The notes beneath the pieces were generated by a model. That model searched no databases. It saw nothing but the letters and a program-made list of their open reading frames with translations, and was not told the origin of the DNA. From Desulfobacterales bacterium (lineage in GTDB: Bacteria; Desulfobacterota; Desulfobacteria; Desulfobacterales; JANQIE01): a DNA stretch of 64,000 nt. Positions 27,519 to 36,624 of the stretch are shown here, one piece after another. The position numbers and the translations under genes were made by a program. The first letter of the stretch is position 1, and each line of letters starts with the position of its first letter. The stretch lies in contig JANQIE010000180.1 in the NCBI GenBank assembly GCA_028282295.1, forward strand, positions 4,854 through 68,853. Direction: 5' to 3'.

Positions 27519-28298
27519 ATGAACGGAAAAACAGCTATCATTACCGGCTCGACAAGCGGTATCGGACTGGCCATTGCCCGGCAGCTCGCCTCACAGGGCT
27601 GCCGCATCGTCATCAACGGCCTCGGCCCGGAAGAAGAAATTGAAGCATTGCGCCGGCAGGTCGCCGACGAGTATCAGATTGACGTGCTCTACAGCAAGGC
27701 GGATATGAGCCGGCCGGATCAAATTGCCGCCATGGTCGCGACCGCGGCCGACACCTTCGGCAGTGTCGACATTCTGGTCAACAATGCCGGTGTGCAGCAT
27801 GTGGCGCCCATCGACGATTTCCCGCCTGAAAAGTGGGATGCCATCATTGCCATCAACCTGTCCGCGGTATTTCACACCATCCGGACGGCGCTGCCGCACA
27901 TGAAGGCGGCCAAATGGGGGCGGATCATCAATATCGCCTCGGCCCACGGCCTGGTGGCGTCACCTTATAAATCCGCTTATGTGGCGGCCAAGCACGGCAT
28001 TCTGGGGCTGACCAAAACCGTGGCCCTGGAAGTTGCCGAGCAAGGCATCACGTGCAATGCCATTTGTCCCGGTTACGTGAAAACGCCGATGGTGGAGGGG
28101 CAGATCGCCGATCAGGCCAAATCGCGCGGTATATCGACCGAGGCGGTGGTGCGCGATGTGCTGCTGGCGGCCCAGCCCACCAAGGAGTTCGTCAAACTGG
28201 ATCAGATCAGCAAGCTGACCGCCTTTCTGGCCGGCGATGCCGCTGCATCCATAACGGGAACCGCGATTCCCATCGACGGAGGATGGACAGCCCAATGA
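27519..28298 (+). CDS. bdhA: 3-hydroxybutyrate dehydrogenase (SDR)
   Basis: TGSTSGIG, NNAG and YVAAKHG (YxxxK). Overall resemblance to D-beta-hydroxybutyrate dehydrogenases. Start trimmed to ATG 27519 after AAGGAGA. Confidence 0.8.
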   Translation: MNGKTAIITGSTSGIGLAIARQLASQGCRIVINGLGPEEEIEALRRQVADEYQIDVLYSKADMSRPDQIAAMVATAADTFGSVDILVNNAGVQHVAPIDDFPPEKWDAIIAINLSAVFHTIRTALPHMKAAKWGRIINIASAHGLVASPYKSAYVAAKHGILGLTKTVALEVAEQGITCNAICPGYVKTPMVEGQIADQAKSRGISTEAVVRDVLLAAQPTKEFVKLDQISKLTAFLAGDAAASITGTAIPIDGGWTAQ

Positions 28299-29431
28299 AA
28301 AAAAACAAGGAACACCACCACGGCAAGGGCGGGGACAACGGCGCGCCACAGTCCCCCGAAACCTACCACCGCAACGCCAAAGCCATCAACCTGGCCTTTC
28401 AGGGCGGCGGCGCCCACGGCGCCTTTGCCTGGGGGGTGGTCGACCGGATGCTGGAAGACGGGCGCGTCAAATTTGAGGGCATTTGCGGCACCAGCGCCGG
28501 TTCCATGAACGCCGTGGTGCTGGCCCACGGCAACCTGGTGGGCGGCCGCGGCGGCGCGCGTGAAGCCCTGCATCAATTCTGGAAAAAGATCAGCGCTGCC
28601 GGGGCAATCTACAGCCCCCTGCGCCAAACGCCCTGGGAATATTTTTACAGTCACCAGAACAACCAATGGAACATGGACAGTTCCCTGACCTATCAGATGT
28701 TCGATATCGTCACCCGCACGTTTTCGCCCTACCAATTCAATCCTCTGAACATCAATCCGTTGCGCCAGGTCCTGGAGGCGTCGGTGGATTTCGAAGCCTT
28801 GAACCGCTGCCCGGTGACCAAACTGTTTTTGAGTGCCACCAAGGTGCGCACCGGCAAAGTGCGGGTGTTCAAAACCGATGAGATCTCCGCCGACGTGGTC
28901 ATGGCCTCGGCCTGTCTGCCCCAGCTCTTCCAGGCGGTCAAAATCGGAGACGAGCATTACTGGGACGGGGGCTTTATGGGCAACCCGGCCCTGTTTCCGG
29001 TTTTCTACCACACCGACAGCCGGGATCTGATGATCATCCACATCAACCCCCTCGAACGGGCGGAGTTGCCCCGCACGTCGGCTGAAATCGCCAACCGGCT
29101 GAACGAGATCACGTTCAACGGTTCGTTGCTCAAGGAAATGCGGGCCATCGCCTTTGTCACCAAGTTGATCGAGGAAGACTGGATCAAGGATGAGCACAAA
29201 GGCAAACTCAAGCACCTGCACATGCATTCCATCCGGGCCGACGGCATCATGAACGATTTGAGTGTGGCCAGCAAATTCAACACCGATTGGCATTTTCTAC
29301 TCTATCTGCGCGACCTGGGCCGCGAGGCCGCCGAAAACTGGCTGCAGGCGAATTTTAAGAGTATCGGTAAACAATCGACGGTTGACGTGCGCGCCGAATT
29401 TTTGGACCTGGGTGTCAGTCATGTGGGTTGA
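28295..29431 (+). CDS. patatin-like phospholipase/esterase
   Basis: GGGAHGAF (GGGxxG), GTSAG (GxSxG) and WDGGF (DGG). The ATG overlaps the bdhA stop (ATGA at 28295-28298). Confidence 0.85.
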   Translation: MKKNKEHHHGKGGDNGAPQSPETYHRNAKAINLAFQGGGAHGAFAWGVVDRMLEDGRVKFEGICGTSAGSMNAVVLAHGNLVGGRGGAREALHQFWKKISAAGAIYSPLRQTPWEYFYSHQNNQWNMDSSLTYQMFDIVTRTFSPYQFNPLNINPLRQVLEASVDFEALNRCPVTKLFLSATKVRTGKVRVFKTDEISADVVMASACLPQLFQAVKIGDEHYWDGGFMGNPALFPVFYHTDSRDLMIIHINPLERAELPRTSAEIANRLNEITFNGSLLKEMRAIAFVTKLIEEDWIKDEHKGKLKHLHMHSIRADGIMNDLSVASKFNTDWHFLLYLRDLGREAAENWLQANFKSIGKQSTVDVRAEFLDLGVSHVG

Positions 29432-29585
29432 TCGCAGATCTGGTCGGCCACTGCAAAAAAGGGGCTTGTTTCGATTTGTATTATTTTTCGATTTCAGGCA
29501 TAATATCGTTTATATATTTTAATTGCGAATGATTTTAGGACACTTTTGCCGCATTGCGACACTTCTTGAAATGGCAATTTAGTCG

Positions 29586-29629
29586 GTGTCCATCCGGAAG
29601 ATGGCCGTTTTTGGCTTTCGGATGGACAC
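29586..29629. repeat. mini-copy of MITE family A (termini only, 44 bp hairpin)
   Basis: GTGTCCATCCGGAAGATGGCCGTTTTTGGCTTTCGGATGGACAC. Confidence 0.7.
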
Positions 29630-29766
29630 TCGCCAACCCCGCTACCAGACCTTCATCTCTTTAAAGTCTCGAAATCCCTCCGCTACGGTTTTTCGAATCA
29701 AGAAACAATCGTCACCAGGTGATTGAAAAAAACAAGCGTCACCTGTGTTGCACGGAGTAACCGTTG

Positions 29767-32097
29767 ATGCCCCCTACCATTCCGGATATCTTGTTGGTTG
29801 AAGCGGACATGACCCATGCCAAGTTGATCCGGCAAGCGTTTGCCGCGTCCATGGATCCGATGACCCTGCATCATGTCCCCAGCCTTGGAGAAGCCCGCGC
29901 TTTTTTGGCCCAGAGCGCACCGGACCTGGTGTTGACCGCCTACGAACTGCCGGACGGCAGCGGATCGGACCTGTTGCCGGCTGACCGGGAAAATGCGCTG
30001 TATCCGGTTTTTATCCTGGCCGGTCACGGTCATGAGAAACTGGCGGCTCAGATTATGAAAACAGGGGCTTCGGATTTTGTAATCAAATCCGAGGCCCTGT
30101 TTGCGGATCTGCCCCTGCTGGCAACCGCGGCCTTACGTGATTGGCACAACATTGTTGAACGGCGCAAGGCCGTAAAAGCATTGAAGGACAGTGAAGCCTC
30201 CTACCGTACATTGGCCCAGAACCTGCCGGGCATCGTGTACCGGGTTCACCTGGCTGAAAACAACCGGAGCCAGTATTTCAACCGGATGCTGGAACAGATT
30301 ACCGGTTTTAAAGAGTCCGAGTTGCAGGATACGCAAATCTGCTCCATGCCGGCATTAATCTTTCCCGAGGACAAAACGCGGGTGGCCGGCCGCCTGCAAC
30401 ACGCCATCGACCAGGCGGTATCCTTTGAATTGGAATACCGCATACGCGACAAGCACGACAAAATTAAATACTGTCACGAACTTGGGCGCGTGGTGAAAAA
30501 CAGGGACGGCCGGCCCGTCTATATTGACGGCGTTATTTTCGATGTCACCGAAGCCAAGGAAACCCAGGCGGCGCTGGAGGTAAGCCGCCAGGCCTGGCAG
30601 AGTATCGTCGACAATGCCATCGTCGGCATCTACCGGGTGACGGCTGGCGGCCGGATTTTAATGGCCAATCCCTCCATGGCCCGAATGTTTGGGTATGACT
30701 CCACTGCGAAACTACTGGCAAAGGTTGTCAATTTCGCCGATTTATACCAGGAACCCGCAGAGCGTCTCGCGCTGATGCATAAGATCGACACCACCGGTTT
30801 TATCAATGGCGTTGAAATCAGAATGCGCCGCCGCGATGGCAGACCGATGTGGGTGCGCGCCAATGTGCGCCAAGTTGACGATCCGAACGGTCGCAAAGTC
30901 TATGAAGGCTTTTTGGTCGACATCAGTGAACAAAAAGCACTGATGCATAGGGTTCAACAGTCACAGAAACTCGAAGCTATCGGAACGCTGGCCGGGGGCA
31001 TCGCCCATGACTTTAACAATATGCTTGCGCCCCTGTTGGGGTTTGCCGAAATGTTGAAGGAAGACTTGTCGGGCGACAGCCATCTGCACGAGTATACCGA
31101 TGAGATAATCAATGCCGCCTTGCGTTCGAGAGATCTGGTTCAGCAAATCCTTACCTTCAGCCGGCAGGTCGATAGTAAAGTCAGGCCGGTAAAATTACAG
31201 CCGATCATCAAGGAAGCAATCAAACTTCTTCGGTCCTCGATACCGGCAACGATAAAAATACAGCAGCAGATTGCATCTGACTGCGGCATCGTCAATGCCG
31301 ATCCCACCCAGATTCATCAGATAATCATGAATCTGGCCACCAATGCCTATCACGCCATGGAAGCAACCGGGGGCTGGTTGAAAGTTACCCTGAAACAGAT
31401 CCGGCTTGAGGCGGATGAAATGCTGATGTCGGAAATGAGCCCCGGCGCATACGCGCGGCTGCGCATCACGGATACCGGCGACGGCATCGAAAAGCAGATT
31501 CTGGACAGAATATTCGATCCCTATTTTTCCACCAAAAGCAAGGGGAAGGGGACCGGTTTGGGCCTGTCAGTGGTCCAGGGCATCGTAAAGAGCTGCAACG
31601 GCGACATCCGGGTCGACAGCGAAATCGGTAAAGGGACCGTGGCCGACGTCTATCTGCCGATCCTCGAGCATAAAACCGAGCAGCAGGTAGTCGAAGTGGC
31701 CGAACCGGTTATCGGTGGTGTTGAACGAATACTGTTAGTGGATGATGAAGCCCCCATCCTGCGTCTGGAGCAGCAGATGCTGGAACGGCTCGGGTATCAG
31801 GTAACCACGCGAACCGGTAGCCTGGAGGCGCTTGCCGCTTTCAAAGCCGTCCCGGAAAAATACGACCTTATCCTGACCGACCTGACCATGCCGAATATGA
31901 CCGGCATTCAGTTGGTCGATGAAATCCGGAAAATCAGGCCCACAATCCCGGTTGTCATCTGCACCGGCTTCAGCGAACTGATCGATGAAGAGAAAAGCAA
32001 GGCCATCGGCATTCAGGGACTGGTGTTGAAACCGGTTGTAAAACGGCATATGGCCAAAACCATTCGCAGCGCGCTCGATCAAGCCGCAGACAATTGA
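29767..32097 (+). CDS. hybrid sensor histidine kinase (REC-PAS-PAS-HisKA-HATPase-REC)
   Basis: N-terminal receiver-like domain. PAS regions (GIVYRVH..., VGIYRVT...). H-box GIAHDFNN. G-box GTGLGLS. C-terminal receiver (LLVDDE...TDLTMP...KP). Confidence 0.9.
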   Translation: MPPTIPDILLVEADMTHAKLIRQAFAASMDPMTLHHVPSLGEARAFLAQSAPDLVLTAYELPDGSGSDLLPADRENALYPVFILAGHGHEKLAAQIMKTGASDFVIKSEALFADLPLLATAALRDWHNIVERRKAVKALKDSEASYRTLAQNLPGIVYRVHLAENNRSQYFNRMLEQITGFKESELQDTQICSMPALIFPEDKTRVAGRLQHAIDQAVSFELEYRIRDKHDKIKYCHELGRVVKNRDGRPVYIDGVIFDVTEAKETQAALEVSRQAWQSIVDNAIVGIYRVTAGGRILMANPSMARMFGYDSTAKLLAKVVNFADLYQEPAERLALMHKIDTTGFINGVEIRMRRRDGRPMWVRANVRQVDDPNGRKVYEGFLVDISEQKALMHRVQQSQKLEAIGTLAGGIAHDFNNMLAPLLGFAEMLKEDLSGDSHLHEYTDEIINAALRSRDLVQQILTFSRQVDSKVRPVKLQPIIKEAIKLLRSSIPATIKIQQQIASDCGIVNADPTQIHQIIMNLATNAYHAMEATGGWLKVTLKQIRLEADEMLMSEMSPGAYARLRITDTGDGIEKQILDRIFDPYFSTKSKGKGTGLGLSVVQGIVKSCNGDIRVDSEIGKGTVADVYLPILEHKTEQQVVEVAEPVIGGVERILLVDDEAPILRLEQQMLERLGYQVTTRTGSLEALAAFKAVPEKYDLILTDLTMPNMTGIQLVDEIRKIRPTIPVVICTGFSELIDEEKSKAIGIQGLVLKPVVKRHMAKTIRSALDQAADN

Positions 32098-32105
32098 GAT
32101 CGAAT

Positions 32106-32148
32106 AGGGCTCGCGCCTAAAATGTGAAATTATTTTTGCGCGAGCCCT
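32106..32148. repeat. 43-bp hairpin, family B, between convergent genes (terminator-like)
   Basis: AGGGCTCGCGCCTAAAATGTGAAATTATTTTTGCGCGAGCCCT. It fills the gap between the kinase stop (32097) and the ccoI stop (32148). Confidence 0.7.
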
Positions 32149-34607
32149 TAAACACGGTAGCGCAACAGGCGCAACGTGTTGCCGATAACGCTCAGGCTGC
32201 TTAGGAGCATGGCGCATACCGCCACCAGGGGATTGAGCCACCCGGCCATGGCCACCGGGATGGCGATCAGATTGTAACCAAAGGCACAAACCAGATTTTG
32301 GCGGACCGTGCGGGTGACCCGCCGTGCCAGAGCCAAAAAGCCGATCAATTGGGCCGGTTCACCCTGCATCAGGGTGACATCGGCCGTTTCCTTGCCCAGA
32401 TGACTGCCGCCGTACATGGCCAGGGCCAGGTCTGCCTGGGCCATGGCCGGGGCGTCGTTGATGCCGTCGCCCACCATTGCCACCCGCCTGCCGCCGTTCT
32501 GCAGGGTTTCGACGTAAGCGGCCTTTTGTCGGGGCAGTTGTTGGCCCTTGCTGTGCGTCAACCCCAGTGCCTGGCCCACGGTTTGGGTGGTCACCGCATT
32601 GTCACCTGAAACCAGGGCCAGCGCATAGTTGCGTTGTATCAGGGTTTCAATGGCGGTGCGGCTGCCCGGCTTCAGGGAATCACCGAAGATAAACACCGCC
32701 GCCGGCTGGTCATCGACGGTCAGATAAACCGGAGAATCGGCGGGATCAGTGCCGGACAACTGGTGATCCGTGCAGCGGGTGAACACGGCCGACCCGAGTT
32801 TAAGGACGCGCCCTGTGTGCATCCCGCTCACGCCGTTGGCATGCACTTCAGGCGCGTTGATGTCGGCCGGCAAGATGTCGGCCTCTTGCGCTGCTTGCAC
32901 CAGCCGGCGGCCCACAGGATGCTCGGCATCCCGCTCCAGGCCGGCGGCCAGGGCGATCACCTCGCTGCGATCGAGGCTGCCGGGCAGTTGAATCGATTTT
33001 AAACGCCAATGACCCGCGGTAAGGGTGCCGGTTTTGTCGAACACCAGGGTGTCGATTTGATCGGCTTTTTCAAACGCCTGAAAATCGCGCACCAGCACAC
33101 CGTGCTGCCCGGCTACGGAAATGCCCGCCACACGGGCCAGGGGGATCGCGATCCCCAACGCGCAGGGACAGGCGATCACCAGGACGGTCAACGCCCGCAA
33201 CAAGGTGATATGCGGTTCGAGCCCGGCAAGCCACCCGCCGCCGGCGGTGAGGATGGCCAACACAATAATCGTCGGGACAAACCCGCGCAGCAGCCGGTCG
33301 GCCTTGCTTTCCAGCGGTGTCTTGCGCTGCAGCGCATTTTCGATGATGTGCGTAAGCTGCCCCATCACCGTGTCGCCGCCCACAGCCTCGGCTTGCACCG
33401 TCAATTGCCCCCTTAAAACCAGGCTGCCGCCCCGGATCGCATCCCCCGGCCGGCTGACGACCGGCTCGGCTTCACCGGTCAGCGACGACTCGTCAAGCTC
33501 GGCCCGGCCGTCAAGAACCCGGCCGTCGGCCGCCACGATTTCTCCGGCGGCCACTCTGAACGTATCCGAAGGTTGCAGTTGCGCCGCCGCGACATACCGC
33601 CCCTGAGGAAAGGCGTCGGAGCAGATGTTCACCTTGGTGGGAATCCGCGCCAAAATGGCATCCAGATATCGCTGCACCCGTCCCTTGGCCCGCCGTTCCA
33701 GGGTTTTGCCCAACAGCACCAGGGTGACCAGCATGGCCGTGGTGTCGAAGTACAGGTGGATGCTGCCCGTGTAAAAGTTGATCAGGCTGTAGCCGTAGGC
33801 ACTGAAGGCGCCCACACTGATCAGGGTTTCCATGCTCAGTACCGCCGTGGTGAATCCGGCCAGGGCCCTGCGGTAGATCGGAAAGCCGCCGTAAAAAAGC
33901 ACGATGCTCGCCATGATCCCCATGGGCCAGGCGATTTTGCGGATGTTGTCAACGCCCAGGTCGCTGAAAAAGCCGACATACAGCGCAAAGGAGAGCATCA
34001 TGACGTTCATCGTAAAAAACGCCGATACCGCAAAACGGACAAACTCGCTACGCCGCTGCCGGTCTTTTTCTTCGGCATCGTTCAGCCCGACCGCATAGCC
34101 GAGTTGGCGGATGGTCCGGATCACCTTTTGCGGGGACTGACGCAAAGGGTCATAGTCGCAGGTCAGGCGGTCGGTGGAAAAGTGGCAGGCCGCGTGGGCG
34201 ATGCCCGGCATTTTGTTCAGCGCCTCCTCGATGATCCAGGCACAGGCCGGGCACCACATGTTGTCGACGGTCAGATCGAGTCTCAAGACGTTTTGCGGCG
34301 TTTCGCCCGGAGTCGCAGTTTCCGGGGAGAGAGGCGGTGCTGCGGCGGCGATACGTTCTTCGAGTTCTTCCTGTGAACCGGGGATGATCCCCATGGCCTG
34401 ACAGCGCCGGTAAAGATCGCTCTGTTTGAACTGTTGCGGATCGGCGGTGCCGGTTGCGGCCATCAGCACCCCGAAGACCTGGCGGCAGCCATGGCAGCAA
34501 AAGAAAAAAGGGTGCTCACCATGATGCCATTCGATGGTGTGGTCTGGATTCAGCCGCAAACCGCACAGGTCGCAGGTTGCAACGGTGGGGGTAGATTTAG
34601 AAGGCAT
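32148..34607 (-). CDS. ccoI: copper-translocating P-type ATPase, FixI/CcoI type
   Basis: N-terminal CDLCGL...FFCCHGC module, CPAC metal-binding domain, CPC (ACPCALG), DKTGTLT and GDGINDAP. Lies next to the cbb3 oxidase genes. Confidence 0.9.
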   Translation of the reverse strand: MPSKSTPTVATCDLCGLRLNPDHTIEWHHGEHPFFFCCHGCRQVFGVLMAATGTADPQQFKQSDLYRRCQAMGIIPGSQEELEERIAAAAPPLSPETATPGETPQNVLRLDLTVDNMWCPACAWIIEEALNKMPGIAHAACHFSTDRLTCDYDPLRQSPQKVIRTIRQLGYAVGLNDAEEKDRQRRSEFVRFAVSAFFTMNVMMLSFALYVGFFSDLGVDNIRKIAWPMGIMASIVLFYGGFPIYRRALAGFTTAVLSMETLISVGAFSAYGYSLINFYTGSIHLYFDTTAMLVTLVLLGKTLERRAKGRVQRYLDAILARIPTKVNICSDAFPQGRYVAAAQLQPSDTFRVAAGEIVAADGRVLDGRAELDESSLTGEAEPVVSRPGDAIRGGSLVLRGQLTVQAEAVGGDTVMGQLTHIIENALQRKTPLESKADRLLRGFVPTIIVLAILTAGGGWLAGLEPHITLLRALTVLVIACPCALGIAIPLARVAGISVAGQHGVLVRDFQAFEKADQIDTLVFDKTGTLTAGHWRLKSIQLPGSLDRSEVIALAAGLERDAEHPVGRRLVQAAQEADILPADINAPEVHANGVSGMHTGRVLKLGSAVFTRCTDHQLSGTDPADSPVYLTVDDQPAAVFIFGDSLKPGSRTAIETLIQRNYALALVSGDNAVTTQTVGQALGLTHSKGQQLPRQKAAYVETLQNGGRRVAMVGDGINDAPAMAQADLALAMYGGSHLGKETADVTLMQGEPAQLIGFLALARRVTRTVRQNLVCAFGYNLIAIPVAMAGWLNPLVAVCAMLLSSLSVIGNTLRLLRYRV

Positions 34608-34708
34608 AGACGTTCAAGTGCGGCCGGTTTCAACCGATCCAACATAAACAGCCCCGGCCGCTGCCGGGGCTGTTGGTGATTCGCATATATCAATCGGATA
34701 AAGCAGGA

Positions 34709-35227
34709 TTACTTGCGCACCCCCAGCGATTTGACAAAACCGACGATCTGCCAGCGCTCGTCAATGCTGATGGTCGTGGCCAACGGGGGTTGGCGTCCGC
34801 CGGGGATGCCGTAGCTGATCTCCTTGAACAGCGCCCCGGCCGAGGCCGCCTGCACCTTGGCACTGCGCAGGTCGCTGGGCAGCGGCTCGAAACTCTGGCC
34901 CACCGTGCCGTTGCCGTCGTAGTACTTGCCGTGGCATTGATGGCAATAAGTGAAATAGCCTTTGTGGCCGGCCTTGATGACCTCGGCATCGGTCAACGTC
35001 AGCGGGGCTTGAAGCGCATCGGCCGGCGTGGCCCGCAAAACCGCTTCGCCGCCGTCAAAAGGCACCACCCCGGCCGACATCAGCAGGATCGGCTCCTCAT
35101 GCGGTTTAATCAGTTCGGTCTCGCGCATCCGGCCGAAAGGAAAGTAATCGTCGTACAGCATCAAAACTTCGTAGGCAACCAGCACCACCACTGCCAGAAC
35201 CCCGAGCGTAATCACGTACTTTTTCAT
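34709..35227 (-). CDS. membrane-anchored monoheme cytochrome c, ActE-like
   Basis: N-terminal TM helix, single CHQCH, and C-terminal ERWQIVGFVKSL resembling the DRWAIVAYV tail of ACIII ActE. SD AAGGAGAG overlaps the upstream stop. Confidence 0.65.
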   Translation of the reverse strand: MKKYVITLGVLAVVVLVAYEVLMLYDDYFPFGRMRETELIKPHEEPILLMSAGVVPFDGGEAVLRATPADALQAPLTLTDAEVIKAGHKGYFTYCHQCHGKYYDGNGTVGQSFEPLPSDLRSAKVQAASAGALFKEISYGIPGGRQPPLATTISIDERWQIVGFVKSLGVRK

Positions 35228-35455
35228 TTACTCTCCTTTGGCTCCCCGGATATGCTGCCCGTCCTCGATCAACTCGTAGATCGCATAGGGTGACTCACCC
35301 GGCACATCCTTCACCGGCCGGTAGTCCCACGTGGGTTGCCCCAGATCGCCCACCACAAAAAAGGCGAAGAATCCCTGGACCAGCACCACCAGGACCGCAA
35401 ACGCGATCATGACACAGGTAAACAGGGTTGATTCATGATGTTTGGCATGTTCCAT
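35228..35455 (-). CDS. 75-aa membrane protein (1 TM), unknown
   Basis: Its start abuts the stop of the 91-aa ORF and its stop abuts the next ATG, so it appears translationally coupled. Hydrophobic core VMIAFAVLVVLVQGFFAFFVV. Confidence 0.55.
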   Translation of the reverse strand: MEHAKHHESTLFTCVMIAFAVLVVLVQGFFAFFVVGDLGQPTWDYRPVKDVPGESPYAIYELIEDGQHIRGAKGE

Positions 35456-35731
35456 TTAAATTTTAACTCCCAACAGTCCGTATCCCAGGATATAAAAAAC
35501 AGCCCAAAGCACCGTTCCGATAATGATCAGCAGCATCACCAGCGGAAACGGCGCATTGCGGTCGACAATCCCCTCCGGGAAGATGTAGTACGTCCGCTTG
35601 AGCCGCTCCTCGGAGTTTTTGGTTTTAAAATAACTGAACGCCAGCCCGATCCCGAAGACCACCATAAACACCAGGGTCGGGAAAACATACAGGACCACAT
35701 GCTGCCAGTTTAAAAGTTCGAAAAATCGCAT
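35456..35731 (-). CDS. 91-aa membrane protein (2 TM), unknown
   Basis: AAGGTGA SD before ATG 35731. Two hydrophobic helices. Confidence 0.55.
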   Translation of the reverse strand: MRFFELLNWQHVVLYVFPTLVFMVVFGIGLAFSYFKTKNSEERLKRTYYIFPEGIVDRNAPFPLVMLLIIIGTVLWAVFYILGYGLLGVKI

Positions 35732-35773
35732 GGTTCACCTTGGTTGAAAGTGGAAATTGGAAGCCTGGGGGCA

Positions 35774-36031
35774 TCATCCCCTGAGCAAGGAAAAGACCAG
35801 CACCGCGGCACTGGTCAACAGCCCGGCGGCGGCCAAAAAGCCGAGGGCGTAAATTTCAATCCGTTTGATGCGTGACACCGCCGCCGGCCGCTCGGACGGC
35901 AATTCCTCCAGCGGCAGAAACCGCGCCCGTTGCTGGTCCTTGAACTGACCGTTTTTAAGCGCCCAGATCAGGACAACGAAACTGATGACGAAACCGATGG
36001 TGATGTAGGCTATAAAATATGGAAAATACAT
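35774..36031 (-). CDS. ccoS: CcoS/FixS-like cbb3 oxidase maturation protein with extra C-terminal helix
   Basis: IWALKNGQFKDQQRARFLPLEE matches the W-A-x-K-x-GQ-F/Y-D-D signature of CcoS. A second TM (IYALGFLAAAGLLTSAAVLVFSLL) follows. Start is ATG 36031 or TTG 36040. Confidence 0.6.
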   Translation of the reverse strand: MYFPYFIAYITIGFVISFVVLIWALKNGQFKDQQRARFLPLEELPSERPAAVSRIKRIEIYALGFLAAAGLLTSAAVLVFSLLRG

Positions 36032-36256
36032 AGGGTGCAATCAAGAATTTGGAATTATGAATTAAGAGTTATGGTATCCTATCATTCAAATACTATTCAT
36101 CTTTCTTGCCTTTGACACAAATCTTAAGAAGGACAACCGGTGGTCACAATCAGGACAGTATTTGTCCTTGCTAAGCCGTTTATCGTATATCGGTTTGATA
36201 AATTTCATTTTTTCATACCCCTGCATTTTATTAAATCCAAAAAATGCAGAGGTATA

Positions 36257-36288
36257 GGAACCAAAATCTACTATTTCCGGATGGGCAC
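36257..36288. repeat. solo right end of MITE family A
   Basis: GGAACCAAAATCTACTATTTCCGGATGGGCAC. Confidence 0.65.
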
Positions 36289-36372
36289 AAGCTAAGAAAA
36301 AAATGAATAACAATGGCGCAAAATTGCGTGTCGAAGTCTGACAACAACACTTAGGCATTTTTGCGATATCTC

Positions 36373-36456
36373 CTGGATTCCCGCCTGCGCGGAAATGACG
36401 CCTAAACACGACGGGGCAAAACCTGCGCCGTCATTCCCGCGCAGGCGGGAATCCAG
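36373..36456. repeat. 84-bp inverted pair of family C unit (GTCATTCCCGCGCAGGCGGGAATCCAG)
   Basis: CTGGATTCCCGCCTGCGCGGAAATGAC (36373-36399) and GTCATTCCCGCGCAGGCGGGAATCCAG (36430-36456). Further units at 42779-42805 and 48785-48811. Confidence 0.75.
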
Positions 36457-36624
36457 TAAATGTCCCTAAATGCGCACATTGCTCGTTCCGGCGGCCCGCG
36501 GCAACGCAAGGGCGTTTTACAAATGTCGGCTACAGGCAAAAGCCCGGTGCCACTGTCTTTAAGTTAATGATATTGGATATAAAACCTTATTTCTTAATTT
36601 CAAATTCTTAATTCCTAATTGCTC

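Noticed and set aside
29441-29455. Sigma54-like TGGTCGGCCACTGCA upstream of the hybrid kinase
   Set aside because: GG-to-GC spacing is one nucleotide short of the consensus and the -24 box is imperfect. The other TGGCAC occurrences I checked (2475, 8752, 14777, 30142, 39064, 56049) lack a TTGC at the correct distance or lie inside genes.
36086-36409. 107-aa minus-strand ORF between ccoO/P and ccoS (contains CPDC and HPEIVDF)
   Set aside because: Most of it reads through a MITE solo end and a family C unit. The remaining ~40-aa tail (MKFIKPIYDKRL...CPDCDHRL) has only half a zinc ribbon and no SD. It cannot be fully excluded as a micro-ORF.
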